Part shown: positions 24,535 through 39,551 of the stretch, piece after piece | Numbering within the stretch: the stretch's first letter is position 1 | How the letters are laid out: each line of letters starts with the position of its first letter | Source of the DNA: Octopus sinensis | Lineage: Eukaryota | Direction: 5' to 3' | DNA: 64,000 nucleotides | Assembly (NCBI RefSeq): GCF_006345805.1 | Contig: NC_043015.1 | Span: 10,230,001-10,294,000, forward strand | Notes under the pieces: model-generated | What the model was told of the DNA's origin: nothing | What the model saw: only the letters and a program-made list of their open reading frames with translations | Database searches by the model: none | Made by a program: the position numbers and the translations under genes

Positions 24535-26242
24535 CGTATATGTGTGCGTGCATTTATATACATATATATATAATTGTATATATATATATATATTATATAT
24601 ATATATATTGTGGATAGAATATTAGAAACACCAAATTTTAGATACCTATCAAGACTATTGGCAAACTGACAAATTCAAAATTGTTTTTCTGCATTATGTA
24701 TGTCTTGTATTTCGGGATATAACCTATTGTTTCTATTTTTGATAATTTTGGGAAGAACATTTTTTTTTAATAAGTTAAAATGCATCACATATTTGACTTC
24801 CAAAGACGAAAAATTATTGGTGCATGAATACCTGAAGATTCCGTGAATAAAACCGCTGAGTCGAATTATATTTTGAGAAACACAGACTCTAAAATAGTGC
24901 TTGAATTCTATAACCAATATAAAACTATCTCTAACGAGCCTAGATTCTGACTGGAAGGTTAATTGCACAAGGAGGTGGGTGGCTTTAGAATAGTGAAGGT
25001 TAAAATGAATTGTATCAAACAAAGGAATGAACTATGCATATTTCCATACTTGACGCATAGTGGATGCCAAATCGAAAATACAAAAAATTTAATTTTCCTA
25101 TTTTGTTTACTGGCAATTGTTGATATGCATTGTGCTAACCGTATTTCAGAATATAGAATATAGAAGGCTTATAGGATCGTGAAAATTAGCTAACCCACCA
25201 CTTTGCCAATTGCGCATGAAACAAAACACTTCCTCACTCACTTCGTAACACTGAATACTATTGTATGGCTGAAATTGCTAAACTAATTATGTCCAAAATC
25301 AACAGAGATTAGTGGAAAAAATGGTGACTAAACTATCATGATTTGAATAATGAATTATAGGAAGAATGTAATTTTCTCTGAGGGATTGTCATTCATTTTG
25401 TTTTCTTCTTCTAGATGAATTCATATCTGGAGACTTGCCCAAGTAATCACCAAGCCTTTATGTTTCTTAATACCGTAAATAATGCAGGGGGCACACTGAT
25501 AATTTGGCCAGTTTTATTACGAAATTCTATTTGCCTACACTACAAAAGTTGATCCAAAGACTAAATGTTTCAGTTTATCATGATATCCCTGTGATACAAA
25601 CATTGTAACCGATAGCAGTGAAACAATCAGGAAAATAATATTCCGATTCTGGAAGCTAAATCTATTTAAAATTGGTACGAAGAGTACGAAATTTAGGCGC
25701 ATCACATGGAGTGAATGCGCACGCGTGCACATGCAAACACACTCACACTCACACGCACACACTCACACACACTCACTCACATAATACACAAACACACACG
25801 TCATCAGATATCAATAAATAAAAAAAATTAATCTGCCATTTTGGGAAAAGATAAAGGCGCCAGTCACTAAAGGAACCGAAGGATGTTTTGTAGGATGACT
25901 GAATAATCATCTAACGACCGTTTAGATCAATCATTTTTCACATATGGACCACTATTATATTCAGGTGCATCTACATTGCCATTCAATGGGTAAAAGATCC
26001 AGTTACATTTTCATAATTAAATATTAGGAATTTTATAACAATTATAATATTTTCTGTTATGGAGGTAAGGCCACAAAATTCCACAGGGACCCCAAATGCC
26101 ATATGGTCCCAGTAGAGTAAAAAATGTGGAGATGCATAGGTCAATTTCTTTATGTATGAAAGAGCTGTGGGCCAACGAGGTATTAAATAATAAAGTCTAT
26201 GTTTAACAAGGTTATCACATTATATATATATATGTTTGTGTA

Positions 26243-26282
<40 letters not shown>

Positions 26283-26622
26283 CATACTCACGAACTCATA
26301 GTTTGATTTCCACATGTTTTTCTGTATTTTCCTATTGCTAAGTAATTTCATATTCTACGACACTTGTTTATCACCATTAAGAAAAAAGCAAGCGCGTTTC
26401 ATAATTAGCAACAGTAGCATAATGCTTAATCTTCTTTCAAGTAAATACTTTTCGGCCAGCTCCAGCAAAAAGAAAATTTGGAAAGTTATTTTTAACCAAT
26501 CAGCACGTGGCTCAACCGCCACGGATTGATCAGGTGGTAACAAGTTGACATGGATGACATCAAAATCACACGCAGAATAATTAAATGAGATTATCTAAGA
26601 TTTCGGTTTCCTAAACACTAAT

Positions 26623-26735
26623 GGAGAGTACTAAAGTGGAAAATGTGAGCTATTTTAAGATAGCTACCAGTTTAAGATAGTTATATATCAGACTAAAAGT
26701 AAATACAATTTGCAAGTACCTGTAGAATTAAATAG
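26623..26735 (+). repeat. ~110-bp direct repeat, copy 2
   Basis: Aligns with 23878-23990. Confidence 0.85.
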
Positions 26736-26754
26736 TTAACGGGAAACTGGGGGA

Positions 26755-27170
26755 GTGGCTACATGGTTTTCTGAAGGGTACGAGTCAGACAGTTGTAGCC
26801 AATGGTGCTCACTCCGAAGAGACGCCATTCTCAGCGGAATGCAACAGGAAATTGTACGAGGGCCACTACTATTTGTGGTGGCCTTCTCAGAATGTCCTCC
26901 GCGGTACAGTCAGTATCGCAGGCAGTTAGGAACCCAGAGGATATCATAAAACTGCAGTAAGACCTGAATGAAATCTACAAATGGGCTAACAAAAATAAAG
27001 TGCAGTTCAATGCTATGAAATTTAATGTACTCCACTATCCGTCCAACACCAGGCTAAAGTCAGAGTACACTGGACCAGAATGTAATACGATCCCTAAGAC
27101 GGAGTCGGTGCCCGACCTGGGGGTTCATATGAGCAATGATACAACATTCCATGTGCATATTACTAAGATG
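26755..27170 (+). mobile_element. CR1/L2-like LINE RT fragment
   Basis: FLKGTSQTVVANG..GPLLFVV (GVPQG.VLGPLLF-like), LQ.DLNEIYKWANKNKVQFN..KF and DLGVHMS; the YADD region is deleted. Confidence 0.8.
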
Positions 27171-27403
27171 AGACACTGTGCAGGAGCTTGGCTGCGTAGT
27201 GTTTATTTCAGTTTATGATATTTATGTAAGTTTCCATTGAGTGAACCATCTTTTCCGATGATTGCAAAATGATTATAGAATCATAGATTTCAGAAGTTTT
27301 GAGATGGGAAATAAAAATAGAAATTTCAGCTATTCTGAGTTGAAGTCTGTTTCTTCGACTGGCCAGAGCTATGCAAAACACGTCCCGTCTCTGAGATTGC
27401 TGC

Positions 27404-27481
<78 letters not shown>

Positions 27482-28499
27482 GGGGAAAGAAATTCTGTCA
27501 CTTTTCGAGCTGCCAAAGATATAAAAAGCTACTGCAATCTACTACAATTATATATTTAAGCCAAACAATATTTAGCACCATTATTGACAAATCTATCCCG
27601 TCTGTATGGCAAATTGTAGATTCCTCGAGCTTAAAATACTTCTGGCTTCAAAATAAACACTCATCTTCGTTTATATTCATTCGCAATTATTAAACTATTT
27701 TCCTATAAATAATGTTCATATGTTATAAAAAGATGATAGTCAGATGGATGAAGATAAAGAGAATGGGGAGGATGAGGAAAATTTTGCATATTTAAGTACT
27801 GTATTATTTTCTTGCCTGTCTTCTATTATCACGTCCTAGCATCACTCGGTTCCGATCAGCCAATTATGTGCTGATTTTGAATTAATTATTTATAATGATC
27901 GCAATGAACGAAAACGTTTCTGTCAATTACCCGTTTCGTATTTGTTTAACACTTTCTTATCGACGACGTGCCTCACATCTCACTAAAAAAAATAGCATAG
28001 TACTTTCGTTTTTAAGTCCTGGCTTGCGTGTAGAATTTCCCTTTTCAATGGGTGCAAGCGATTATTGTTTTCGTTGGAAATATTTATATACAACTAATAT
28101 CTATTTACTTCTGATGATTCTATTCAGGATGCATTCCTTAACAAATCTTGCTATACAGAGTCAAGCAGAAGGGAACGACTTGTTTAGACTAAGGTGTAGT
28201 GAGATGATGAGGGAACTACGGAACAAGTTAATACACTTTTCGTAGTTCATGAACTTGTTCTATCATAACAGCGACTCGTGAATAGAAGTGATGTAACTAG
28301 TGCAGTTTGCTTGGCTCTTTTATCAACGACAATTTTAAAACTTTGAAAGTTGAGACAATGATGTTGCCCAGATAACGGGTAATTTGCAGAAAAAAAATTC
28401 CTGTGCACAACTGCTCAACTGTCGAATATTGCTGAATATTGGTCTTGATTTCGTACAGTATGCAGTGCCTGTTATGAGAACGAATGAAAATCATTTTAA

Positions 28500-29310
28500 A
28501 AGGCCAAATCGTCGTCTAAATTACTCAAAAATGAAAATAACATTAACATATCATTTTAAGATTTACCAAAAATACATAAGAATATTTTGCAATACTAAAA
28601 GTCAAATTTATTCAATAAATTCGCTTTTGGCTTCAACCACGGCCTCCAGATGGCTTTGAAATCTCTTTCAGCTCTTCTGAATGCCCTCTTTGTTTAGGTT
28701 GGTGAATGATGGCACAATTCTGGCCTTCATTTCATCCTTGGTGTTACAAGGAGCTTTATTGCTCAACCGGTTGTAGTTTGGGGAGTTAGGTGGCCAGATG
28801 CTAGCCAGAGGGGATGTGGCTGCAGGACTTGTTTGACAGCTATAACTCTGTTCTTCTGCTTGTGTGACATGGTGCAGCGTCCTGTTGCCAGACATAGGTT
28901 CTTCCTGCAGCCACCCTCTTGCCCCAGGGCATCACTAACTCCTGCAGGCATTTGATGAATGGAGACATAACGTTACCATCCCTAGTGATCACTCTAGACA
29001 CCAAGCTGTTGAGTAGATATTTCATTTTTATCACTCTCTGTACATGTCTTTAGATTGTACTGTCCTTTGATTGACAGTCAAACACTCTGAAATCTTCGTA
29101 TTGGATCTTCCGACGCGAATGCCGAACACTACAGTATGTCGTTTCCAAATTTTTGTCAGAGTGAATTGCGGCATGGTGCTGTTTTTCTCGCAGATGGCGC
29201 CCATTGCAGATGGTGCCTTACTATACTGTATAGTTTACAAAATGAAAAACAGGCAATAAGCATGCGCTAAATTAAAAATATAAAATGGCTGTACTTTACC
29301 CATCGCACAT
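28500..29310 (-). mobile_element. DD37D (maT-like) Tc1/mariner element, internally deleted
   Basis: N-terminus MPQFTLTKIWKRHTVVFGIRVGRSN (~29193), then YVWQQDAAPCHTS, IWPPNSPNYN and PCNTKDEMKARI. Confidence 0.85.
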
Positions 29311-29320
29311 ACATTTATAT

Positions 29321-29380
<60 letters not shown>

Positions 29381-29634
29381 AGAAAGAGAGACAGGCCGAC
29401 ATATAGATAGATAGATTGAGTGATTGAGTGATTGATTGGGTGATCGACTGATTGATTGATTGATTGAAAGATAGAAGCTTTATAAACATGGAAGATCATG
29501 AAAAATAACATAAATTAACGTTAGTAAGAGGCGTGTGTGAGCGTGTGTGTGTGTGTGTGTGTGTGTGTGGTGTGTATGTGTGTGTGTGTGTGTATGTGTG
29601 TGTTAGTAGAATAAATTTCGGCTAGTTAATAACA

Positions 29635-29817
29635 CATTAATGTTAGTTTCAACACTGGAATCCATTCTTACTTAATCATATTAGTTAATGCAATGAAAAT
29701 TGCGGATCCGCTCATGAAATTCACATCAATAGCCGTCGAGAGAATTCCATTCGGTGATCCACGATTTTCATTATATTAACTAATATGAGTAATTAAGTAG
29801 TGAAACTGACACTAATG
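29635..29817. mobile_element. Palindromic foldback/MITE-like element
   Basis: Left arm 29635-29708 and right arm 29756-29817 are reverse complements with one indel (CATATTAGTTAAT..AATGAAAAT..GGATC). Confidence 0.8.
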
Positions 29818-29849
29818 GAATATTAAGATACAGAAACGCACTTACTTTA

Positions 29850-29931
29850 CGTATGTATGTATGTATGTATGCATATGTGTATGTGTGTATGTATTTATGT
29901 ATGTATGTATATGTGTGTGTATTTATGTATG

Positions 29932-29964
<33 letters not shown>

Positions 29965-30110
29965 CTGTGTGTATGTATGTATATGTGTGTGTATGTATGT
30001 ATGTATGTATGTATGTATATGTGTGTATGTATGTATGTATCTATGCATGTATGTGCGTGTTTATGTATGTATGTATATGAAAGTATTGATGTGTGTATCT
30101 ATGTATGAAC
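29850..30110. repeat. (TATG)n/(TG)n microsatellite
   Basis: Direct reading. Confidence 0.9.
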
Positions 30111-32813
30111 ATATGTATATATATATATATATATATGGTGTATATGTACGTGTGTCTTTGTACGCACACACACACTGACACACACACACATATATATATA
30201 TATATACCTGCATGTATATGTATATATGTGTGTGTGCCCGAGGGTGTATGTGCGTATTTGTGTGTGTTGATGCAACTACGTTTGTAGTAATTTATTTTAG
30301 CTATACATTGGTTATAGCCCACGTTAATACTGTCGATACCTTAGTATATATTAGTATATATAACATCCTTTAATCATCGATTATGAAGTCATAAAGTGTG
30401 TGTGTCCTTCAGACTTTTACATCTGCTTCGAAACCTGACGTAATATATATTGTATTCAAAGTGTTCGGCAGCGATGATCACAACATCCTCCCGTCAAATG
30501 TGTCCAATTTTTAAATCCTTGGAAAATTGTTTCAATGCATTAAATATTTCTTCGTGAATAGAAAACAGTATTTTGCATTCGGTGGAATCTACTCTGCCTT
30601 GGCATTAGTCGGCGACGGGATCGTCCGACTAACTGGGTTTTTTATCCATTCCTCTTTATTCCAGCTATATACGACATTACAGCTATCATCCAAACACAGC
30701 AAACTAATTGTTGATGGCAGGAAACTCCAGAGAATTATGAATGGAGAAAGCAGAATTGATCTGCAGTTTGATCTACAAGTTGTAAGCCAGTAGGAGAGCA
30801 AAGACAACAGGCAGTTAAGTGAGGAAAAGTTTTCACTTATGCATTTGTTAAAAAGAATGCGCTCAAAAAATCATATTCTCATCTTTCAGGGCAACGTCGC
30901 ATAACATCCACTAATATATGGGACATAGGAGTAATTTTGGACCATAAGCTTGGGTTCAGTGCTGATATAAATGGTAATGCCGATATGGCTCGGATGATAA
31001 GCTCCTGGGTCCTCATAACTTACTACACTAGAGAACATGATATCTTTATTCCCTTTGATTCTACTTTGCGCAGCCATACCTAGAATAATAACGTCCCCTG
31101 TGGTCTCCTCACAACACACAAAATATTTTGAGAATTGAGTCCGCCCAAAAACAATCACTTACGAAATAAAACAAAACTGATTTTGATTTCGCAAACAACT
31201 TTAAAACATTATTTCCTGTAATATATTCTCCACTGTGCTACGTGAGTGCTACGTTATTTGTACCGTAAGGAGAATACACCCTCAGTATTTTTTAAACGGC
31301 TTTAACAACAAATTCAGATTTCCGACACAGCTGGGACGACGTGGCATACGACCCTACACATACAGGTTCACAAAACAAGAATCCACTGCAATGTATATTC
31401 TCCAGTAGACACTGCTATATTTAGGGTTATCCTTTAAAATAATCAATAAAGAAAATAAAACCATCACTTTCAAAGCGCATGCTTGTTGCCTGTTTTTCAA
31501 AATTTTATTCAAAAAGGGCTTAACAGACCCCATCAGGTGGTCACATAGCTTGGGTCAATCTTTGGCCGAAACATATCTAATTTAGCTAAGATACCGTTCA
31601 AAGCTTTGTCTACATCACTTTCATTATTTGTATTCATTGGTCAATGTTTAGCTCTGATGGAGTTGAAAATACGCTGTTATTGTTTTTTAATACTGGCAAA
31701 ATTTACCTACGACATCACTGTCCCTTATCAAATTCATTTCTTTTTCGAAGATTTCAGAGATTTACGCAGATTTGTTGAGATGGTATACTCATTTGCTTCC
31801 AGCGTATAGACACGTTTGATGGCTGTTATTTTTTTATAACATTTGCTTATAACTTCAAGGGGATCGTGGTATGTGGAAAACGTATGATTGATTTTATACC
31901 TCTGAAAATTTTAGAGTTACTAAAATCTAATTTTAATGCAAAATGAAATATTTTCCTACTGCACATCGATGTAAATGACATATCATGCATTTTAGGCGAA
32001 TTAAATCGGTAAAGCGCTTAAACAGCCATGTAATTTCAACTGGTTAACGAGTTAACGATTATATTTACTGTTTATAAGACGAAATTTGGAAAATATTGAA
32101 GTGGATGTCTCCTGGAACTTTAGCTTGCAGACACACGATTATATGATATACAGCCAAATGCTCATAATTTCACATTAAAAAAAATGTAAATATAATAATC
32201 AAATAAATGTTTCACTATTGTCAAATGTCTACAAATTCGTGCAAAAACAAGCTGTGAATCTAAGAAATTAGAATGGTTGAATAATGATAAACGTTTCCTG
32301 CTTCTATTGAATTCAAATGAAATCATTTCGTCCTTGTACTTTTTTAACAATAATTTTAACTAGAAGATAAGAGAACCTACGGTAATTTAATGACTAAATG
32401 ACGCAGATGGCATTAAATACACTGTATGATTTTATACAAGTTTATAGAATATCTTCCTGTCACTATTTACCATCCTGGTATATTTTAGTATTGTGGATCC
32501 GTATTAATTCTACATATACACACGTAGTTCCAAACTAAATTTCTTTATATTTTCTTCCACAAACGCAATTTTAACCCATGAAATCCTCTATAAATCTCTC
32601 CTCCAAAATTATTGACTTAGGACAATGTTGCGGAGAATCTTATATAGAAGCATCTTTCTCATCTAGTTTCAATATGTTTCATTTTATGAATTGGAAGATA
32701 ACAAAACAATGTGCCGGTTAATTATAGCAGCAACATAACTAAGAGATCATCCTCATGAAAATTATTTTCTAATAAAATTATTACAAATTTTGGTGTTTTA
32801 AGAAGAAAATATA

Positions 32814-33003
32814 TACGAGCGTGTGCTAAACCCTTCAGGCTTTCGGTAGAAGAAAACACGGAACAATTATGATTTTATTCAATGTATTTTACTCTCAGAG
32901 TCAAACACATATTGCAACGGTTTTTCAGTGTTATAAGCCTTGTAAAAGAACTCGGCCGTTCACGACACCCTTAATGCAAGGAGCTTATCAGGACCCCCTC
33001 ATG
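32814..33003. mobile_element. mariner-derived MITE, diverged
   Basis: Imperfect TIRs TACGAGCGTGTGCTAAA..GGCTTT and AATGCAAGGAGCTTATCAGGACCCCCTCATG resemble TACGAGGG-type mariner ends; ~190 bp, no ORF. Confidence 0.5.
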
Positions 33004-34035
33004 ATATATATAATGAGGGTGCTTTGCATCTTTTGTTTATATGCCCATGAATTAGCAATTTTCTGTCGAAAAATGACAGAGTTAAAATGACAGAGGTTTT
33101 CGAGTTCAGCATATATCATTACTCTGATGGTTAGACAATTCATATAACTGTATGAACCTTGACTGTGACATAACATATACTCTTTCGTATCCAGCCCCCT
33201 TCTGAATATGAGAGGACTGAGAATAAATTATTAGGCTTATCGGTGAATTAACAGCCCTCAGTTTGAGTGGAACAATTTCTATCTTGTATTGTCCGTCTTC
33301 TGCGAATATGATTTAGAATTTTAAAATACTATATTGTTTTATGTTTGATAATACTCAGATTATATATTATTCCCTTTCCAGATGTGAATCCAATTGTCTT
33401 TATTTTCTTAATCACAAATTCGTGTAGTCTTCCAATTCAAAAAATTAAAAGCATAGCAAATACCATTAATAAAATCAGGGTGTAATTTGAGGGGGGATTG
33501 TTGTTCCTATGTTTAGCCGTCGGTGTGACTGCATAGAGCATACGGCTCTGTGTAAACATTTCTGTAAATTATTGTATTAATAATCAAATGTTCTCTATTT
33601 TACAACAAATTCTGAAATGTAAGATGTGGTTCTGTTTTTTTGTATGTTTCAAGGAGATTGGCTGTATTTCCTGCGATTTCAACTGATCTCTTGACGATTC
33701 TGACCCTATCAGATATGCATGGATAAATAATCACTTACGCATGCAACCACGCCTGTATAAACGTTTGGGTGAACATGTATGTCTTTGACTGTATGCGCAT
33801 ACATATTATGCATACATACACACACAGACACACACACACACATATTTATATATATATATAGATGGTTGAGCAAATTATGTATATATATGTGCATGCTTTG
33901 CTTATACGTATTTAGTATATTTTGTTAATACCAGCTCCGAAACACTCAACGTTTTATGAATTTCCTCCAATCGTCGTTATTGTTTTCTCTCTCTCAATGT
34001 CTCACTTTCTGCCTCACTCACTCCTTCTCTCTTTC

Positions 34036-34066
<31 letters not shown>

Positions 34067-34689
34067 ATATATATATATATATATATTATCCCTCTCCCTC
34101 TTTCTCTCAGACCAATGCCAGTCCTCTGCTAATTAGAATACATGACATCTTGATCATCTTAAATAAACATTTCTTCCCTTCCCATTCACATAATTGTACA
34201 TCCTTGAAGTAAATTGATATTTTATCTCTCCTCAAGGAAAGGTTCTAATGACGCATTTGGATTATTTTGCTGTTCTCAGCATAAAGATGAATGGCCCTGC
34301 TTCATTTAAAAGTGATGTAAACTAGTGGAACCAAACCTACAATATATCTGAGAGGGAAATCATATAAATGCGGTTCGCAAACATCATAAGTTATAAGTTC
34401 ACATATTAATTTTCATTTATACTTCTTCTAGATCTTAAGATTAGCTGTTAAGATCTTAGCTCCTTTGGGCAATTTGAATTGCTTAAGAGATCCGCATTGG
34501 ATAACAATTATACAAAACCGTATATATAATATTAAGGAAAGTCTTGCCAATTCAGAACCGATAATTATGTAAGAAATACGATAAAAAAAGCAAGTATGCA
34601 GGTCGGTATGAATTTGAGGATATATGTATATGTGTGGGTGAGAGCGTGCGTGTGTATGTATATGTGTGCATATTCATAGATATGAGAGT

Positions 34690-35016
<327 letters not shown>

Positions 35017-35504
35017 ACACACCTTACACGTATACATCATATAAACATACATACCAATATTCATACCAATATACTAAGCAATAAAAAAAATATGAAGAAA
35101 AATGATCGTAGCTAGGATTGCATAGAGCCTGCGTTTTGATTACCCATTATAGATTTTTCAAGATTGAATTTCTTCTTCAGATAGAATGAATGGGAAATCG
35201 AATGAGATTCAAAAACACATACACACATTTATGCATCTAGTTATTTATTTATCTATTATTTCATAAAGGTCTTGCCTGCCGATATTTTTTTTTTCCTTCT
35301 TCGCTAATGATGGATCACCTAAATTCAATTTCCTCTCTCTCTCTCTCTCTCAACTCTCGCATCTTTTTCAATCGGAAAACGTTTTTTACCAAAGAAGCTG
35401 ATTTTTATTTCCCTTTCCCCACAAAGATAGCCAGAAGAAAATTTTTATTACAACAAATATAATGAAACATAGCTTCCATATATATTTATATACATAAGTG
35501 TGCA

Positions 35505-35567
35505 TGTGTGAGAATATATATATATATACGTGTGTGTGTATATATTTATATATATATATATATATAT

Positions 35568-35653
<86 letters not shown>

Positions 35654-35852
35654 GTATTTATCTATATATATATATTCGTTTGTGAGCGTGTATACAAATG
35701 AACATATATATCTACGTATATGTTTATAAACATATAACTGTACATAGAAATATATACACACACATATACAAACATATATTCACACACATGGACATACTCA
35801 AGAAAAAACAGAATCCCACATATGTATGTATGTGCATGTATATATGTGTTCA

Positions 35853-35913
<61 letters not shown>

Positions 35914-36000
35914 TCATATATGCGTGTATATATCAGTGCATATGTATATATATATATATGCTTGTATATATGTATGCATGAATGTATATATGTATGTACA
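35505..36000. repeat. (TA)n/(CA)n microsatellite cluster
   Basis: Direct reading. Confidence 0.9.
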
Positions 36001-37754
36001 TAATCACAGGAATATTTGGAAATACGAATGAATGCATGGAAAATATATGGAAATGCACCCTTATAAACATTAATAATACAAAATAATAATAATATCAATC
36101 ACACACATCTAGATAAAAATGGCTATTTAATATGAAAACACGAAATTTATATAGAATAAATATATCATGGGTGAACGGCATATAGCCATATGTACTAACT
36201 TTAGATTAATTTATTTATACACACACACAAACACACCCACCCACACACACATATATATATATATATGTGTGTATATATATGTATATATATATATGTATAA
36301 ATACATATACATATACACACACATAAATAGGTATGCATATATGTATATATAAACATATATATATATAATATATATATATATAATATATATATATATATAT
36401 AGTTTTATATGTATATATATATATATACTTACATATATATGTGTATGTGTATATGTATAGATGTATGAATTGCTTTCGATTTAATCTTTGTAATACACAA
36501 GAAGTTATTACATACAATCCATTCATCATCACAATATATTTCGTACCTCAGCATCATGAGAATCATCAGCATCATCTTCATCAACATCATCGTCACAATC
36601 AGCAGATGAAGTGGCAGCGGCATCAGTGGCATCAGTGGCGGCGTCATCATAGTCGGCGGCGGTATCAGTAGCAGCATTAGACGCTGCAGCATCACAATCA
36701 TCATTATATTTTTTCCGTATCTTTTTTTTTATATTATTTTCTCTCTCATTTTCCGATTAGCTTCCCAGATCTGAAAATTACGCTTGAACATACACATACT
36801 CACGTACACATTTACACACACAGGCACACTCACACACATATATATATATATATACAGGCAAATACACACAGGCACATTCACTCACACATATACAGGCACA
36901 CTTACACACACACATACACATAGGCAAAAAGACACAGTCACACACTCTTATATACAAGCATACATCTTACATAAAACACATGCATAATCATACCCCTGTT
37001 GCAATGAATTGCATTCACACGAATCTATTTAGATATAATGAAGATATAAGTTCTATGGAAGGCCATACATATTTACACGAATGTACACATATACACATCC
37101 TGGTAAACGTACATACACTTGCAGTAATTTACGAACAAATTATTCTGACCCCTCTGCAGCCTGTACAGACATATATTTTGTAAATTACTACACGCTCATG
37201 CAAAGTTACATCTTACTATATCAAGCATCAATATATGCTGATGTTGCTTTTCTTATACATTGACAGCACAGCTTATTCTTGAATTTCTACTCCTAATCGA
37301 ATCTAGAAAACATGGATGAGATCAGGAGACTCCGTATGTAAGGCATTTAATGGTGCTCAAAAGTTTCAAACGTAGACTCCGATATCTTTAAAGGTGGACA
37401 ATTCCACAGGGTAAACAGTGGTTTTAAGAGGTAAAAATTTGAGAGGATATAGAGGCAATTATGTTGATAAACACATTTGGTATATTAATATTTCAGTTTG
37501 GGTAAAAAAAATATGCCATATGTTTACATGCAAAATGAGAGAAAGCAAAAGGTGGAGGCTTTCAGACGATGAATATTTACGTATAAATATATAGATATTT
37601 ATAGATATCTATATTCATGCATCCAAGAACGAAAAAGAAAATTAAAAGGGTGGAAGAAAGGTGTTATAAGTTCAACAACTGATTCTGGAGGTTCGGAGAT
37701 CCCTTATAATATTGGTAGATGTAGTTAATCACAATATGCGGTCATAAGGGAACC

Positions 37755-38570
37755 AATCAACATTGGATGAGATCTGTCATCAGGATAGAAAAGATCTTAC
37801 ATTTCAGATCTTAATGAAAAGAAGTTCAAAGAGGGAATGCTTAAATGTGGAGAGCTATCAGTATTAGAGGGAGGAAGTAAGAATGTCGGTGCAGTTATAG
37901 GGTGTATTGACACATGAATACGGGGAATGATGAGCAGAGATAAGATACCTTGTTCTGGAAGAGGGCGGGTATTAAGGAAGTTAGTAGCAGAAGTGGAGAG
38001 TTTGAAGATGAATGGCTGGCATAAGATAGATAGTAATTGAAGTGTAATCAACTGTGTTGGGTTTGTGTATAGGCATCAAGCTTTAGGGTTAAAAGTTATA
38101 GAATTATAGGAAGTTGAGATAGTGAGAAGGGAATGGCAATCATTTGGCATAGGGAAAGTGTCTAATTCAGTCGCAGACGAACATTACTCAGGTATGTAGA
38201 AATGTATCGGTGAAGATAGAGCGAGGACAGAGTGGGGTTGAGTTGGTACAATAATGAAGGTGAGTTCTTAATGGGTTGGGACTATTGCGGTATGCACAGG
38301 TGTTAGAAATTGAATACAGGGAGGCGAACAGAGATGGAGGGACTGGTTCATAATTTAGTTTCTGAGTGATGTGTTTTTAAATGGTCTTGGTTGAATAGCG
38401 GTGATGAAATAGGGAAAGAATACCACTTGTGATGATGGGGATGCTGTAAGTGTGTGGGATATGTTAGGTAAGAGTTATTTTCAAAGGTAATCATGAGAGG
38501 GAAAAATGTATTAGGAAGAGTGGTAGTAGTGGAGAGGGTAAGTTGCTCGGTCGACCTTCGCATACCTGAA
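37755..38570 (-). mobile_element. Heavily decayed Penelope-like element (possible GIY-YIG end)
   Basis: Strong strand skew; minus-strand LSTTTTLPNTFFPLMITF resembles the PLE PLVLTYHP region; TDTFLH..IRHF is weakly GIY-YIG-like; decayed hammerhead at the 3' end (37757-37786). Confidence 0.4.
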
Positions 38571-38664
38571 GGTTATTTATAATTAAAGATAATTATAGTT
38601 ATGGGATTACATAGATACAGTAAAATGGGAAAATGAGTAGAACCTGTATTTACATCTGAGAAGC

Positions 38665-38697
<33 letters not shown>

Positions 38698-39518
38698 ATA
38701 TATACATGTATATATATGGATATATGGTGGGTGTATGTATGTTTGTGACGCCCTGCATGTGCATGAGTATATACGTGTACGTGTGGTGTGTTTGTGTATA
38801 TGTATAATATTGAAGAATGAATTAGAACGGAAAACAAATAGCATGAATGCTTCAAATGTAAGAGCATTTATCAAACCATATATGGGCTGTCAAACTCAGA
38901 GTTACAAGAGAGGGGTATACCTATTCTTACTGTTGCTCTACATTAACTAAATTGCGTTGATAAAAATGGTAAAATGTAATGATGTCGAATAATTCAAAGG
39001 CTTTGAAATGTCACTAAAACGGATAAGACTAAGTCTGAGGCTCGAATTAGGCAATAATTTTGCAACTAATATTCAGTTAATATAGGAAAGCTTCGTATAA
39101 ATTTTAGTGATACCTATGAATGGGGATGGTAGTGTAAGGCACATCATTTTCGCTGTAGTTTTGGTACACTTTTAATCAGAACTGTAAATGGGAACTAAGA
39201 TGGAACATCACTGTAAAATTTTAGTGTATCTAAAATATAATGTATCTAAAATTATGTTATTCATTGAATCCGAGTTGCATAAAATGGTAGTATTATATTT
39301 AAAGAGGATTTAGCTCCTATAAGATTCCACTTCCATTCATGGTAAAACGATAGTAATACCATTTAAGTGGATGGTTATAAAGATAGAATCTATGTCGATA
39401 ACAAATGCAGTAGCATTATCTTTAAACCCAGGGGGAACTAGCGATAGTACATGCACAGTTTATAAGTTATAACGTACGTGTGCCTGCATACCTGCGTGTC
39501 GGTATGTGTGTGTGTTTG

Positions 39519-39551
<33 letters not shown>

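Noticed and set aside
24675-25022. 115-aa minus ORF / 119-nt exon candidate at 24832-24950
   Set aside because: No recognisable domain; splice-like signals are common in AT-rich DNA.
25415-25442. 28-nt plus-strand micro-exon candidate
   Set aside because: Splice signals only; cannot be linked to neighbouring exons.
25880-25995. CNWIFYPLNGNVD, a LamG-like start motif on the minus strand
   Set aside because: Short, followed by stops, with no supporting downstream motifs.
27895-28245. 116-aa plus ORF
   Set aside because: No identifiable family or splice structure.
31475-31499. 25-bp inverted match to the maT subterminal region (29243-29267) as a possible composite transposon end
   Set aside because: Better explained as a fragment of a second related element; no TIR or TSD pair found.
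36530-36715. Asp/Ala-rich minus frame resembling an acidic biomineral protein
   Set aside because: Consistent with a decayed (GAT/GCT)n repeat; no start or signal peptide.
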